DNA of 64,000 bases from Blastocatellia bacterium (GTDB lineage: Bacteria; Acidobacteriota; Blastocatellia; UBA7656): NCBI GenBank assembly GCA_035455165.1, contig DATIFP010000214.1, positions 2,571-66,570 on the forward strand, given 5' to 3'. The notes under the pieces were generated by a model, which did not search any database, was not told where the DNA came from, and saw only the letters and a list, made by a program, of their open reading frames with translations. Shown here piece by piece: positions 50,981 through 61,317 of this stretch (its first letter is position 1; the number at the start of each line of letters is the position of its first letter). The translations under genes and the position numbers were made by a program.

Positions 50981-51893
50981 CAATCAGGAACCTCGATGCG
51001 TAAAGCCACGGCCGGTACTGCCCGCTCTATGACCGTGGGGGGCCAAGGTCAAACCAGGAACCTCTGCTTCGAATCATTATTCAAAGAGTTTCAGGTTAGC
51101 CGTAGTCCTTTATGGTGAAGAGAGATCGCCACGGGGTAGCTCGGCCGGGATGCTCAAATGAGTGCCTTCTGGTCATCGCGGGGGTCTCGATTCCTCAACG
51201 TTCACCGAGTCACACTCTTGTGCGTCGGTCAGCCCGGCCGTTGCCGTGCTTCGGAGCTCCAAACTTCAAATGATAAGGCGGCGAGTATACCTTAAGCCCT
51301 AAGTCGTCGCAAGCGGGAAAGATACCTACACTTAGAGCCTTCGTCGCTTTGGCTCATGGTATTCAAAACGGGAGACCTTCGGTTTTCGGCGATCAACATA
51401 AATAATCAACATAAAGGAATCGGACGACCGGCGTTGAATCCGGCGACGCGCTTGCCCATGGGCCTTATTAATCGTGCGATTCCACCTTGAAGCGCGTATC
51501 CTAAACCACCGCTTCTGCATCGCTTGTGCGATCCTTGACACACCTAAACCGAAAGTGTAGAGTGTGGCCTTGCCACCGGACAATATGAAGCGAGCAACAT
51601 ACAAGCGCGCGTACTCAGAGTCCTCACACGATCTCTCTGAGCAAGAGAGTCCCTCAGCTGCCTCGACAACGTCAAACTCACGCGATAATCGGCGGTGAGC
51701 GCGGCGGTGTTCTAAGGAAGCTTCGCAGCGCGACCGCGCAAAAAGATTCTGCGTCGTTGTTGGTTCTCGTCCTTCATACCTGAGGCTTGAACGTTGCCGC
51801 CCCGATGAAGCATACTATCGGGCAAACAGTTCAATCGGTCCGGTAACACCATTCCGATGAATTCGAATACGGGAGTTGGAGGAGTAGGAATTA

Positions 51894-53798
51894 ATGCCGA
51901 CAGATAACGTAAACCAGTCCGGGGCTACCGCGACGGCCGACAGCGCAAGAGAAGAGGCTGCTGCCGTCGACGAACAGAGCACCGGCCCAGACAGTGCAGC
52001 AGCTGAGCCATCTGCTGCGATTGAGTCGAACGAGACTGCTCCGAGCGGCGAGGCATCTGCCACCACACCTGAGCAACCCACCGAAGGCGAAGCGAGCGGC
52101 GCGCAGGATTTCAGCGCGATGCTCGCTACCTACGAAAAGGAAAGCGCCGCTTCACGGCAGGAAGGCGAGATCGTTCGCGGCCTCGTTGTGGGCATCTCCG
52201 ACCAGAACGTTCTGGTGGACATCGGCTATAAGTCGGAAGGCGTCGTTGCGCGCGAGGAGTTCCTCGATCGCCAGGGCAACCTGACGGTTAAGCGCGGCGA
52301 TGAAGTCGACGTGCTCATAAAGAGCCTCGAGAACCAGGACGGTTACGCCATTCTCTCTCGAGCGGCAGCCATGCAGGTTCAGTCCTGGGAACGGCTCCGC
52401 ATCGCTCACCAGACGCACGAAACCATCAAGGGCCGCGTGCTCGAGAGGATTAAAGGCGGACTCAAGGTTGAGATCGAGGGTGTTCCTGCGTTTCTACCAG
52501 GTTCCCAGATCGATGTTCGGCCCGTGCGCAACCTCGAAGGTTTCCTCAGACAGGAAATCGACGTGCGCGTCATCAAGCTCAATCGCAAACGCGGAAACGT
52601 CGTCGTTTCTCGAAAGGCCGTCCTTGAAGAAGCCTCAAACAAAAAGAAGACTGAGACCCTTGCCAACATCGAGGAAGGCGTGGTGCTGGAAGGCACGGTC
52701 AAGAACATAACCGACTACGGCGCGTTCATCGACCTGGGAGGGATCGACGGGCTGCTTCACATCATCGATATGAGCTGGGGCCGCATCCAATCGCCACACG
52801 ACATAATCAAGGTCGGCGACTCGATTCAGGTAAAGGTGCTGAAGTTCGATCGCGAGAAGGAACGTATCTCGCTTGGGTACAAACAACTCCTTCCCGATCC
52901 CTGGCAGAGCGTTGCCGAGCGATTCCCCAAGGGCTCGCACGTGCGCGGCAAGGTGGTGAGCCTGACCGACTACGGCGCGTTTATCGAAATCGAGCCGGGA
53001 GTCGAGGGGCTTGTACACGTGACCGAGATGACCTGGTCGAAACGACTGAAACATCCGTCGAAGCTCCTCTCGATCGGCCAGGAAGTCGAAGCGGTGGTGC
53101 TGGAAGCGGACCCGCATAGCCGCCGCATAAGCCTCGGCCTCAAGCAAGTCAGCGCCGATCCGTGGGAGACGCTTCCCGTCCGCTATCACACCGGCTCGCG
53201 GGTTACCGGCAAGGTCCGTTCGCTTACCGACTTCGGCGCCTTCGTCGAAATCGAAGACGGAATAGACGGACTCGTTCACGTTTCCGATATTTCATGGACC
53301 AAACGTATCAAACACCCGTCGGACGTGCTCAAGAAGGGCCAACAAGTAGACGCCGTGATAACGAACATCGACGTCGATGGCCGGAGGCTCAGCCTCTCGA
53401 TCAAGGACCTGGAGCCGAACGCCTGGGATCGCTTCTTCGATACGCACAAGCTAGGTGACGTGATAAAAGGGCGCGTGGTGCGCTTCGCCAACTTCGGCGC
53501 CTTCGTCGAAATCGAAGAGGGCATCGAGGGGCTTTGCCACGTCTCGGAGTTGAGCGACTCGCGCGTCGAGAAGCCCGAGGATGCGGTGAAGATAGGGCAG
53601 ATGCTCCCGTTCAAGATACTCAAACTCGATCCGTCGCAGAAGAAGATCGGTTTGTCTGCGCGCGCGGTGGGCAAAGAGAACGACCCCGAAGACGTGCGCA
53701 CCTATCATGAGACCGGCGGCGGTATGGCTACGCTGGGCGACATAGCCAATCTGCTCGGCGCCACGGCAGACAAGTCTGATAAGAAAGACGAAGAGTAG
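51894..53798 (+). CDS. rpsA: 30S ribosomal protein S1 with an Ala/Glu/Ser-rich N-terminal extension
   Basis: Six tandem S1 domains (repeated GxV..I..FGAFV.I..G..GL.H.S). GGAGGAG RBS. ~80-aa low-complexity N-terminus. Confidence 0.9.
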   Translation: MPTDNVNQSGATATADSAREEAAAVDEQSTGPDSAAAEPSAAIESNETAPSGEASATTPEQPTEGEASGAQDFSAMLATYEKESAASRQEGEIVRGLVVGISDQNVLVDIGYKSEGVVAREEFLDRQGNLTVKRGDEVDVLIKSLENQDGYAILSRAAAMQVQSWERLRIAHQTHETIKGRVLERIKGGLKVEIEGVPAFLPGSQIDVRPVRNLEGFLRQEIDVRVIKLNRKRGNVVVSRKAVLEEASNKKKTETLANIEEGVVLEGTVKNITDYGAFIDLGGIDGLLHIIDMSWGRIQSPHDIIKVGDSIQVKVLKFDREKERISLGYKQLLPDPWQSVAERFPKGSHVRGKVVSLTDYGAFIEIEPGVEGLVHVTEMTWSKRLKHPSKLLSIGQEVEAVVLEADPHSRRISLGLKQVSADPWETLPVRYHTGSRVTGKVRSLTDFGAFVEIEDGIDGLVHVSDISWTKRIKHPSDVLKKGQQVDAVITNIDVDGRRLSLSIKDLEPNAWDRFFDTHKLGDVIKGRVVRFANFGAFVEIEEGIEGLCHVSELSDSRVEKPEDAVKIGQMLPFKILKLDPSQKKIGLSARAVGKENDPEDVRTYHETGGGMATLGDIANLLGATADKSDKKDEE

Positions 53799-53848
53799 AA
53801 GCTCCAGCTTCCAGCGATGCGGCCTCGCGGCTATCAGATTTCGGTAGT

Positions 53849-53911
53849 GACGCGATCCAGAGCCCCGGGTGACAGACACTCGGACACGCTCCGGGTCGCG
53901 TCGTTGTTTTT
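53849..53911 (+). terminator. Putative rho-independent terminator of rpsA
   Basis: Imperfect stem GACGCGATCCAGAGC ... GCTCCGGGTCGCGTC followed by GTTGTTTTT, 50 nt after the rpsA stop. Confidence 0.45.
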
Positions 53912-53923
53912 GGGAAGGGGTTT

Positions 53924-54835
53924 ATGAAGCGACTCAATCTGACGACGGTTTTGATCCTCGCCGGTTTCGGATTCGTCTTCTTCGTTGCGATCATCTTGCT
54001 GGCGGCGCTTGCGCTATCGCGCGACGGAGGTTTCGCGGGATTCGGAGGCGATCGCATTGCCGTCGTCTACATCGAAGGAGTGATCTTCAATTCGAAGACC
54101 GTCAACGAACAACTCAAGATGTACGCCGACGACTCGCGAGTCAAAGCCATACTGATCCGCATGGATACTCCCGGCGGCGGAGTTGCCGCATCGCAGGAGA
54201 TCGCCGATCAGGTGAGGTGGCTCCGCAACGAGAAGAAAAAGACGGTGGTCATATCGATGGGTTCGGTCGGCGCGTCTGGCGGTTACTATATCGCTTGCGC
54301 GGCCGATAAAATCTATGCCAACCCGGGCACGATCACCGGCTCGATAGGCGTGATCGCCGAGTGGGTTAACTACGGCAATCTGCTCAAGTGGGCGCAGATG
54401 CAACCTGAAGTCATCAAGAGCGGCGAGTTCAAAGATGTTGGCTCCCCGACGCGCGAGATTACACCGAAGGAGCGCGCGTATCTTCAAGGGTTGATAAACG
54501 AGATGTATGAACAATTCGTCAGCGCGGTAGCCGACGGCCGCAAAGACGTGCTGACCCGAGACCAGATCAAACAGCTCGCCGATGGACGCGTCTACACCGG
54601 ACAGGAGGCCCTCCGCGAGAAGCTGATCGATGAACTCGGGAACTACGATGCAGCCCTGAAGGGAACGGCACAACTGGTAGGAATAAAAGGCGAGCCTCAG
54701 GTCGTAACGCCGCCTAAACCGCGGCGCGGCTCGATCCTGGATTTGCTGACCTCCACCGACGTCGGCGAGCTTCTATCGCGCAACACGCTTCAGCCGCCCG
54801 GCGCGACGCTGCAGTTTGAATATCTTTGGAAATGA
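53924..54835 (+). CDS. sppA: Signal peptide peptidase SppA (36K type, peptidase S49)
   Basis: N-terminal TM segment. VVISMGSVGASGGYYIACAADKIYANPGTITGSIGV catalytic-serine region typical of S49. Confidence 0.9.
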   Translation: MKRLNLTTVLILAGFGFVFFVAIILLAALALSRDGGFAGFGGDRIAVVYIEGVIFNSKTVNEQLKMYADDSRVKAILIRMDTPGGGVAASQEIADQVRWLRNEKKKTVVISMGSVGASGGYYIACAADKIYANPGTITGSIGVIAEWVNYGNLLKWAQMQPEVIKSGEFKDVGSPTREITPKERAYLQGLINEMYEQFVSAVADGRKDVLTRDQIKQLADGRVYTGQEALREKLIDELGNYDAALKGTAQLVGIKGEPQVVTPPKPRRGSILDLLTSTDVGELLSRNTLQPPGATLQFEYLWK

Positions 54836-54924
54836 GAAGTGAACCGTGATGCGTGATCCGTGACCGGAGTGTTGGTCGCTCGGCATCACGTATCACGCAT
54901 CACCTATCACGCTTCAGCTTCATT
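54836..54924. repeat. CGTGA-rich inverted repeat element (copy 2)
   Basis: ccgtgatgcgtgatccgtgacc ... catcacgtatcacgcatcacctatcacg. The arms are reverse-complementary and related to the element at 23617-23705. Confidence 0.7.
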
Positions 54925-55401
54925 ATGGACCACCTCTGGAGTCCCTGGCGCTACAAGTACATCGCTTCGGCCGATCAGCAGTCAGGATGCGTGCTCTGTA
55001 GAATTCACGGCGAACACCAAGACTCCCAGAACTACATCGTCCATCGCGCGCGACTCAACTTCATCGTACTGAACTTGTTTCCTTATACCAGCGGTCACCT
55101 TATGATCGTTCCCTATGAGCACAAGGCCTCCCTCGCTGATGTCAGCGAAGAAACTACTTCCGAGATGATCGAGTTGGCGAAGCGCTCACAGCTGGCCCTG
55201 GAAGCCGAGTACCATCCGGACGGTTTCAACATCGGGATGAATCTAGGCCGCAGCGCCGGCGCCGGATTGGCGGACCATCTCCATCTGCACATAGTTCCTC
55301 GGTGGAGCGGCGATGCGAATTTCGTCTCCGTCATTGGCGAGACTCGCGTGCTGCCTGAGGATCTGGCGACGACCTATTCGAAGTTGAAGCAACACTATTG
55401 A
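54925..55401 (+). CDS. HIT family (histidine triad) hydrolase
   Basis: HLHLHIVPRW histidine-triad motif. Start at MDHLWSPWRY (ATG 54925). The track ORF extends upstream through the repeat. Confidence 0.8.
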   Translation: MDHLWSPWRYKYIASADQQSGCVLCRIHGEHQDSQNYIVHRARLNFIVLNLFPYTSGHLMIVPYEHKASLADVSEETTSEMIELAKRSQLALEAEYHPDGFNIGMNLGRSAGAGLADHLHLHIVPRWSGDANFVSVIGETRVLPEDLATTYSKLKQHY

Positions 55402-55422
55402 TCGCGTCACAATTGTTGAGCT

Positions 55423-56340
55423 ATGCCGCCTCATCGGGAAAACATTATTTCAGCCCTTCGTTTTTCTTGGTTCTGTCGCTTCTTCGTTCTCGCGATTGCA
55501 GTAGGCGGCGCGGCGTTGAGCTCGTCAACCTCGACGCTGCCGTTTGAAGCTGCGCCTCTGCAGGCGAGCGCAAATCAACACAGCGTTTTAGTTATCGCGC
55601 ATCGAGGCGGGGCGCTTGAATCCACCGAGAATACAATCGAAGCATTTCAACGCGCCGTGAGGATCGGCGCCGACGGCATCGAGACCGATATTCGCCTGAC
55701 GCGAGACGGCGTTGTGGTCATTTATCACGACGACTATTTCGGCCGCGTGGAAGGGCTCGCCGAGAGGCAACGAACTCGCTTGATTTCGGACCTCACCTAT
55801 TCGGAGATCGCCGCCGGCACATTGATTCCGGCCGGCGACGACAACGGAGGCCGGCACGTCCCGACTCTCGACCATTTGCTGGCAAGCGTAAAAAGCGTGC
55901 TTCTCAACATCGAGCTGAAACGCTGCGTCCGGTTCGACGAACTGGTCAACCAGACCATCTCGAGGCTCAAGCGTTTCAACGAACTCGATCGCGTCGTGCT
56001 GGAGGTCCCGGACCTCGAAACCGCGCAGAAGGTCCGGGCGGCGCTGGGCCTCCGTCTGAAGCTGCACATCAATCCGGGGTATGACGACTCGGTTCCCTAC
56101 TCGCAATCGCTCGAGCGAGTTCTTAGGTTCAAGCCGCACTCCATCTCCGTCTCATACAAAAAGATGTCGCGCGAAATCGTCGAGCTTGCGCACAAGGCCG
56201 GCGTTGAAGTGTGGGTGTGGACGGTAAACGAGCCGGATTACGCCCAGGCGATGGCGCTGTTGGGCGCCGATGCTATCAAAACCGATAGACCGACGATGCT
56301 CATGGATCTATTGAGAAGGCCGGATTCGAGAACTCGGTGA
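55423..56340 (+). CDS. Glycerophosphodiester phosphodiesterase family protein
   Basis: VIAHRGGALESTENTIEAFQRAVRIGADGIETDIRLTRDGVVVIYHD is the GDPD catalytic signature. N-terminal hydrophobic segment. Confidence 0.8.
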   Translation: MPPHRENIISALRFSWFCRFFVLAIAVGGAALSSSTSTLPFEAAPLQASANQHSVLVIAHRGGALESTENTIEAFQRAVRIGADGIETDIRLTRDGVVVIYHDDYFGRVEGLAERQRTRLISDLTYSEIAAGTLIPAGDDNGGRHVPTLDHLLASVKSVLLNIELKRCVRFDELVNQTISRLKRFNELDRVVLEVPDLETAQKVRAALGLRLKLHINPGYDDSVPYSQSLERVLRFKPHSISVSYKKMSREIVELAHKAGVEVWVWTVNEPDYAQAMALLGADAIKTDRPTMLMDLLRRPDSRTR

Positions 56341-56344
56341 CGTT

Positions 56345-56926
56345 CTAGTTTCTGGTTTCTGCCGAAGAAACCGGTCGCACCGGAAAGTACGAAGCTCCAA
56401 AACAAACTGGTTGGTAGTTGCCGTCGACGCCGCTCTCCGTGTAATTCGGAGCCCAACCGGCCGGGTCCTGAAACAGACGGATCGCGCGGATCTCGCGGCT
56501 CTCACACAGGTTGAACCAGTGCCAGGTGCCTCGCGGGACGCGTATCAAATCCCCGGCCTCGACTTCAATCGATACGACCGAACCCGCCTCCGGATGAATA
56601 TGAAACAAACCGCGCCCTTGAATGATGAACCGAACTTCGTCCTCGTCATGCCAGTGTTCGCGATTGAACTTGGCGAGCATCGCGTCGAGGCCAGGAGTGT
56701 TTGCGTTCACGTCGATGACGTCGGCGGTCACGTAACCGCCTCGCGTCTTCAGCTTCTCGATCTCAGCCGAGTACGCCGCTAGAATCTCTTCGGCCGGCGC
56801 GTTGGCAGCCACCGTACGCGAGGTATCCCATCGCTCATAGTCGATACCAATGCTGCTCAGATACTCGGTGACAGCCTGAGGGTCTTCAATCGTTCGCTTC
56901 TCATCCGGTATGTTGATGATGGCCAT
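56345..56926 (-). CDS. mtnD: Acireductone dioxygenase (cupin; methionine salvage)
   Basis: [21 protein letters not shown] cupin metal-binding pattern typical of ARD. Adjacent to mtnB. Confidence 0.75.
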   Translation of the reverse strand: MAIINIPDEKRTIEDPQAVTEYLSSIGIDYERWDTSRTVAANAPAEEILAAYSAEIEKLKTRGGYVTADVIDVNANTPGLDAMLAKFNREHWHDEDEVRFIIQGRGLFHIHPEAGSVVSIEVEAGDLIRVPRGTWHWFNLCESREIRAIRLFQDPAGWAPNYTESGVDGNYQPVCFGASYFPVRPVSSAETRN

Positions 56927-56938
56927 TGTCTCTTCCTC

Positions 56939-57583
56939 TCATCTGGCAGCGCAGTATCTGCGGCCCAGAACCTCCAATAGAAACTCCAATATCTCGACAT
57001 GGCGTTTTGCTTCTTCGATATTCGAGCCCCAGGTGTAGAGCCCGTGGCGCCGCAGCAAGAACGCGTGCGATTGCGGGTTCTGGTTCAGCGTGTCTTCAAC
57101 TGACTTCGCGAGCGCCGTCATATCCTGTGAGTTCTCAATAATCGGAACCCACTCGCGGTGTTCGTGAGTGGTAACGCCTTCCAGCCCTTTGAGCATCTCG
57201 TAACCTTCGATTATCAGGCCGCCCTCGGAAACGTAGGCGTCGGAAAGAATATTGCTCCACACCGAATGGGTGTGCAACACCGCGCCCGCGCCGCGAAGCC
57301 TCACGACCGCCAGGTGCAGAAGCGTTTCAGCCGAGGCGCGACCCTGGCCCTCGAGCACTTTGCCTTCGGCGTCGATTTGCAGGATGTGTTCCCGGGCAAG
57401 GGTCCCTTTGTCTACGCTGCTCGAAGTGATTGCGAGTCGAAGCGGGTCGCGGCTAAGGACCGCGCTGAAGTTGCCGCTGGTGCCAAGCACCCACCCGCGC
57501 GCGTAGAAGCCCCTTCCAACCTCCGCGAGTTCGTGTGCAATCTTAGAATCCATGCCCGGTCCAGTCGAATTCATTCCCGCCAT
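56939..57583 (-). CDS. mtnB: Methylthioribulose-1-phosphate dehydratase (class II aldolase/adducin family)
   Basis: [13 protein letters not shown] and HTHS metal-binding motifs typical of MtnB. Confidence 0.8.
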   Translation of the reverse strand: MAGMNSTGPGMDSKIAHELAEVGRGFYARGWVLGTSGNFSAVLSRDPLRLAITSSSVDKGTLAREHILQIDAEGKVLEGQGRASAETLLHLAVVRLRGAGAVLHTHSVWSNILSDAYVSEGGLIIEGYEMLKGLEGVTTHEHREWVPIIENSQDMTALAKSVEDTLNQNPQSHAFLLRRHGLYTWGSNIEEAKRHVEILEFLLEVLGRRYCAAR

Positions 57584-57586
57584 CGG

Positions 57587-58765
57587 TTACGCATATCCCT
57601 GATTGGTTGCCATCGAACGCACACGGGCGCGTACGCCATCATCAGTGAATTCATCGCGATAAACAAACTCCGGATATATACTCAAACGCTCGGTCAACTC
57701 AAACCCTTCGTCCGCCGTTCGCTCGGCAAGTCTCTCGATATGCGGCCACGGCTTTTCCGGATTGATGAAGTCCGGCGTCAGCGGCGAGATCCCTCCCCAG
57801 TCATTAATCCCGGCCCTGAGCAGGAACGGATACTTCTCATCCGACAGGTTCGGCGGCGCTTGCACGTTCATCTCTCTAAACAGCAGCCGCGCGACGGCGA
57901 TCGTGCGAGCATGGTCCATCTGGCTCGGCTCCGGATGATCGCGCATCGGGATCTCAGGTTTTGCCCGGAAATTCTGAACGATTACTTCCTGAATGTGGCC
58001 GTAGCGTTCGTGCAGCTCTTTGATCGCGAACAGCGCGTCGACTCGCTCATCGAGCGTCTCGCCTATGCCGATGAGGATGCCGGTGGTGAACGGGATCCTC
58101 AATCGCCCGGCTTCTTCGATCGTCCTCAACCGAAGAGATGGCGGCTTGTCAGGCGCATTGTCATGAGGCATTCCCGGAAGGGTCAGCCGGTCGCTCGCGC
58201 TTTCGAGCATCAATCCCATGCTGGGGTTGAACCGTCGAAGCGTCTCCAGGTCCTTGCGTCCCATTAAGCCGGGATTCGCGTGCGGCAGGAGTCCCGTCTC
58301 ATTCAATACTCGCTCGCACATCTCGGCAAGATATGACAGCGTAGTCCGGTGACCGAGTCGAGCAAGCGTCTCGCGCATCTCGGGGAAAACTGCTTCAGGC
58401 CGGTCGCCCAGACTGAACAGCGCTTCCTTGCAGCCCAATCGCGCGCCGGCTTCGGCAACCGCAATCACCTCGTCGGGCAGCATCGTCCGCGCGCCCGGTT
58501 GGCCGGGATCCTTGCGAAACGTGCAATAGCCGCAGTAGTCGCGACACAGATTCGTCAGCGGTATGAAGACCTTCTTTGAGTACGTGATCCGCCGGCCCTT
58601 CAAGGAATTGCGCAAATCGGCGGCAGCATTCAACAGCGCCTCGAGTCCTTTGCCTTCGCGGGCATGAATCAGAGTGCGCGCCGCGTTGCGCGAGATGGGA
58701 CCCTCGCGCGCAGCCGAGAGCGCGTCGTCGAATGCCGTTTGTGATCTCGATGCGCGGACTTCCAT
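57587..58765 (-). CDS. cofG: Radical SAM protein, CofG-like (FO synthase subunit 1, F420 biosynthesis)
   Basis: VFIPLTNLCRDYCGYCTFRK CxxxCxxC motif in the context characteristic of CofG (FIPLTRLCRDVCHYCTF). Lies next to F420-dependent enzyme genes. Confidence 0.7.
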   Translation of the reverse strand: MEVRASRSQTAFDDALSAAREGPISRNAARTLIHAREGKGLEALLNAAADLRNSLKGRRITYSKKVFIPLTNLCRDYCGYCTFRKDPGQPGARTMLPDEVIAVAEAGARLGCKEALFSLGDRPEAVFPEMRETLARLGHRTTLSYLAEMCERVLNETGLLPHANPGLMGRKDLETLRRFNPSMGLMLESASDRLTLPGMPHDNAPDKPPSLRLRTIEEAGRLRIPFTTGILIGIGETLDERVDALFAIKELHERYGHIQEVIVQNFRAKPEIPMRDHPEPSQMDHARTIAVARLLFREMNVQAPPNLSDEKYPFLLRAGINDWGGISPLTPDFINPEKPWPHIERLAERTADEGFELTERLSIYPEFVYRDEFTDDGVRARVRSMATNQGYA

Positions 58766-58815
58766 TCTGCGAGTCTGAGCCGCCTCTGCGCCGGACTTAT
58801 GTTGAGTGCCCGGGA

Positions 58816-59757
58816 CTATGCGCGAAACGCAGGTATCGCCTCTTCGGCAAACTGTCGAATCCAGTCCAGGCCGTATGGAGCGTTCGCGATCAAGATGAAA
58901 TGCGTCACCCCGGCTTCGACCAGCTTGCCGATCCGATCGCGCACTTCATTCAACGACCCGACCAGCAACCCGGCTTCTACTTCTTCCGGACTGCGGCCGA
59001 AAGCCGCGGCCGTTCGACGCACGCGTTCGTCCTTCTCCGATTTCGAACCCGTCACAAGGGCCGTGCCCGCCCACGAGATTTCAATTTCGTCTACGTTGCG
59101 CCCAACCGCGGCGCAGTGTTCGCCAAGCACCGCGATCTTGTGCTTGAAGATCTCCGGCGAACCAAACGTATTCCAGATGTCGGCGTGTTTGGCGACCACT
59201 CTGAGCATGAGCTTCTCACCCGACCCGCCGATCATTATCGGGGGCTGCGGTCGCCGAATCGGCTTGGGCTCGCAGTATGCATCTTTCAGTTGATAGTAAC
59301 GCCCGTCGAACGTGGTCTGCTTCTCGCTCCACAACCGTTTTACCACTTCGAGCGCTTCGTCAAGGCGGCGAATGCGTTCCGCGGTCGTGTAGAACGGAAT
59401 GCCGTAGGCGTTGTGCTCCATCTCAAACCACGCCGCTCCCATTCCCATGATCAACCGGCCGTTGGTGACGTGATCGAGCGTCGCCCCCATCTTCGCAAGC
59501 ACCGCCGGATGGCGGTATGTGTTGCCGGTCACAAGCACTCCGGTCTCCACTCGCGACGTCTCCATCGCGAGCGCCGCAAGAGACGTCCATCCTTCAAGGC
59601 AGGGTCCCGACGGGTCGCTCAATATCGGAAAGAAATGATCAAATACCCAGGCGGTGTCGTAGTTCAGCGAGTCGATGAGCCTCCACGCATCGCGGAGTTC
59701 CTGCCAGGTTGTGTTTTGAGGCGGCGTCTGCACTCCGAATCGAATCTTCCTAGTCAT
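58816..59757 (-). CDS. LLM class F420-dependent oxidoreductase (luciferase-like monooxygenase fold)
   Basis: N-terminal FGVQTPPQ...WVFDHFFP and the overall LLM pattern. Confidence 0.8.
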   Translation of the reverse strand: MTRKIRFGVQTPPQNTTWQELRDAWRLIDSLNYDTAWVFDHFFPILSDPSGPCLEGWTSLAALAMETSRVETGVLVTGNTYRHPAVLAKMGATLDHVTNGRLIMGMGAAWFEMEHNAYGIPFYTTAERIRRLDEALEVVKRLWSEKQTTFDGRYYQLKDAYCEPKPIRRPQPPIMIGGSGEKLMLRVVAKHADIWNTFGSPEIFKHKIAVLGEHCAAVGRNVDEIEISWAGTALVTGSKSEKDERVRRTAAAFGRSPEEVEAGLLVGSLNEVRDRIGKLVEAGVTHFILIANAPYGLDWIRQFAEEAIPAFRA

Positions 59758-60221
59758 GTATGTTTCCCTTTATCTCTGGGCGTCCACGACTTGATTCGCA
59801 CGGGCGTAATCCTGATGATCGGCCGGTCGTCGATTGCCATCGAGCGGTACTGCGGATACTTCTCGCGCAGGAGTTCCACAGCTCGCGCGTGCTCCGTGTT
59901 GCCGGATCGCGGCTCGAGTATCTCCGCTTCGCCGATCACGAGAACATAAGCAAGACTGCTCCAATCTTCCGAGTAATCGTCGATCACCATCGCCACTCGC
60001 GAATTCCCACTGATGTTACGAACGCGCTTCAACGACCCGCCGGCGACGCTCTTGGGCTTCTCGTCGATGGGCGAAAAGAAGCTCTCCCCCTCAAAGGCGT
60101 AACAGATCGGGACTATTGTCGGTTGCGCATTGTCATCGACAGTGGCCAGCCTGGCGACGCGATGCTCGCGGATGAATTTCTCCGTTGCCTGATCGATAAG
60201 AAACGGCATTACCAGTGTCAC
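59754..60221 (-). CDS. PPOX class F420-dependent enzyme (pyridoxamine 5'-phosphate oxidase-like split-barrel)
   Basis: HRVARLATVDDNAQPTIVPICYAFEG split-barrel signature. Overlaps the downstream gene by 4 nt. Confidence 0.7.
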   Translation of the reverse strand: MTLVMPFLIDQATEKFIREHRVARLATVDDNAQPTIVPICYAFEGESFFSPIDEKPKSVAGGSLKRVRNISGNSRVAMVIDDYSEDWSSLAYVLVIGEAEILEPRSGNTEHARAVELLREKYPQYRSMAIDDRPIIRITPVRIKSWTPRDKGKHT

Positions 60222-60381
60222 TCACCCCGAAGCCATCGCACAAACGCCGGAACGACGAGAGCCAAAAGCATCGCGAGCAGCGGCATTAGACTGAAGATCG
60301 CTAATAACCATAGCGACTCGGTCTTGAATGAGAATCTGAGTGTTTTCATGAGACTCAACACCTCCGTGATCTCTGAATCGA

Positions 60382-61317
60382 TCAGGGCGAGACCTCAATC
60401 AACTGCTCCATCAACCCTAGCATGTCCTTGAGGCTGGTTGACGGATCGAATCCGATCGCCGGCGGCGATTGAATGAGATGGGTGACTCCGATGTCGCGAA
60501 GGCGGCGCGTGTCTTCGCGAACCTCATCGATCGTGCCCATCATTGGACCGCGCGCGGCGGCGTTCGGTTCCTGAAACACAATCGTGAACGACCGGAGGAC
60601 GACCTCCATGTCGCGGCGCCCGGCGCGCTCGGCGGTTTGATGAAACTGCTTGATCATTGTCTCGAGCAACTCGAAGCTCATTATTCCCGCCGGGTTCCAT
60701 CCGTTGCCAAACCTCGCGGCGCGTTCAAAGGTGAACTGTCCGAATCCGGCGACGTAGATCGGCGGATGCGGCTTTTGCACAGGTTTCGGCCCAACTTTCG
60801 ACTCCGGAATGTGATAGAAGTCGCCATCAAACCTCACAGGGTCATTCGTCCACAGATCGATCATTGCTCGAAGAAATTCGTCGCAGCGCGCGCCTCGCTT
60901 CTCGAAAGGAGTGCCGGCCGCCTCGAACTCGTCGCGCGACCAGCCGGCGCCCACTCCCACCAACGCGCGTCCTCCGGACAGCACGTCGAGGGTGGCGATG
61001 CGCCGGGCCAGCTCAATCGGGGTGTGATAGGGCAGCACGAGCACGCTCGTCCCGAGTTGTACTTTCTTCGTGTGCGCGGCCACGAACGTGAGAGTCTCGA
61101 TCGGATCGAAGACCAACTGATAGGTTTCAGGCAAACGGCCGTCAGGCGAAGCGGGATAAGGCTCCTGCGGGTTGAGGGGCCACAGCAACCGCTCGAGCAC
61201 CCACACCGAATCGTACCCAAGCTCTTCGGCCCGCCGCGCCACGGCGATCAGGTTGTCGGCGGAAGCTTGCGGACCGAGCTGCGGGAGTGACATTCCTACT
61301 TTCATCGTCCTGCACAC
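60382..61317 (-). CDS. LLM class F420-dependent oxidoreductase
   Basis: MKVGMSLPQLG...GYDSVWVLERL typical LLM N-terminus. Paralogous to 58816..59757. Confidence 0.8.
   Translation of the reverse strand: MCRTMKVGMSLPQLGPQASADNLIAVARRAEELGYDSVWVLERLLWPLNPQEPYPASPDGRLPETYQLVFDPIETLTFVAAHTKKVQLGTSVLVLPYHTPIELARRIATLDVLSGGRALVGVGAGWSRDEFEAAGTPFEKRGARCDEFLRAMIDLWTNDPVRFDGDFYHIPESKVGPKPVQKPHPPIYVAGFGQFTFERAARFGNGWNPAGIMSFELLETMIKQFHQTAERAGRRDMEVVLRSFTIVFQEPNAAARGPMMGTIDEVREDTRRLRDIGVTHLIQSPPAIGFDPSTSLKDMLGLMEQLIEVSP

Noticed and set aside
57158-59949. Long plus-strand ORFs (57158..58267 and 58732..59949) across mtnB, cofG and LLM genes
   Set aside because: They are antisense to well-supported minus-strand genes, with Arg-rich composition.
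60469-61290. 273-aa ORF antisense to the second LLM oxidoreductase
   Set aside because: It is a shadow ORF.
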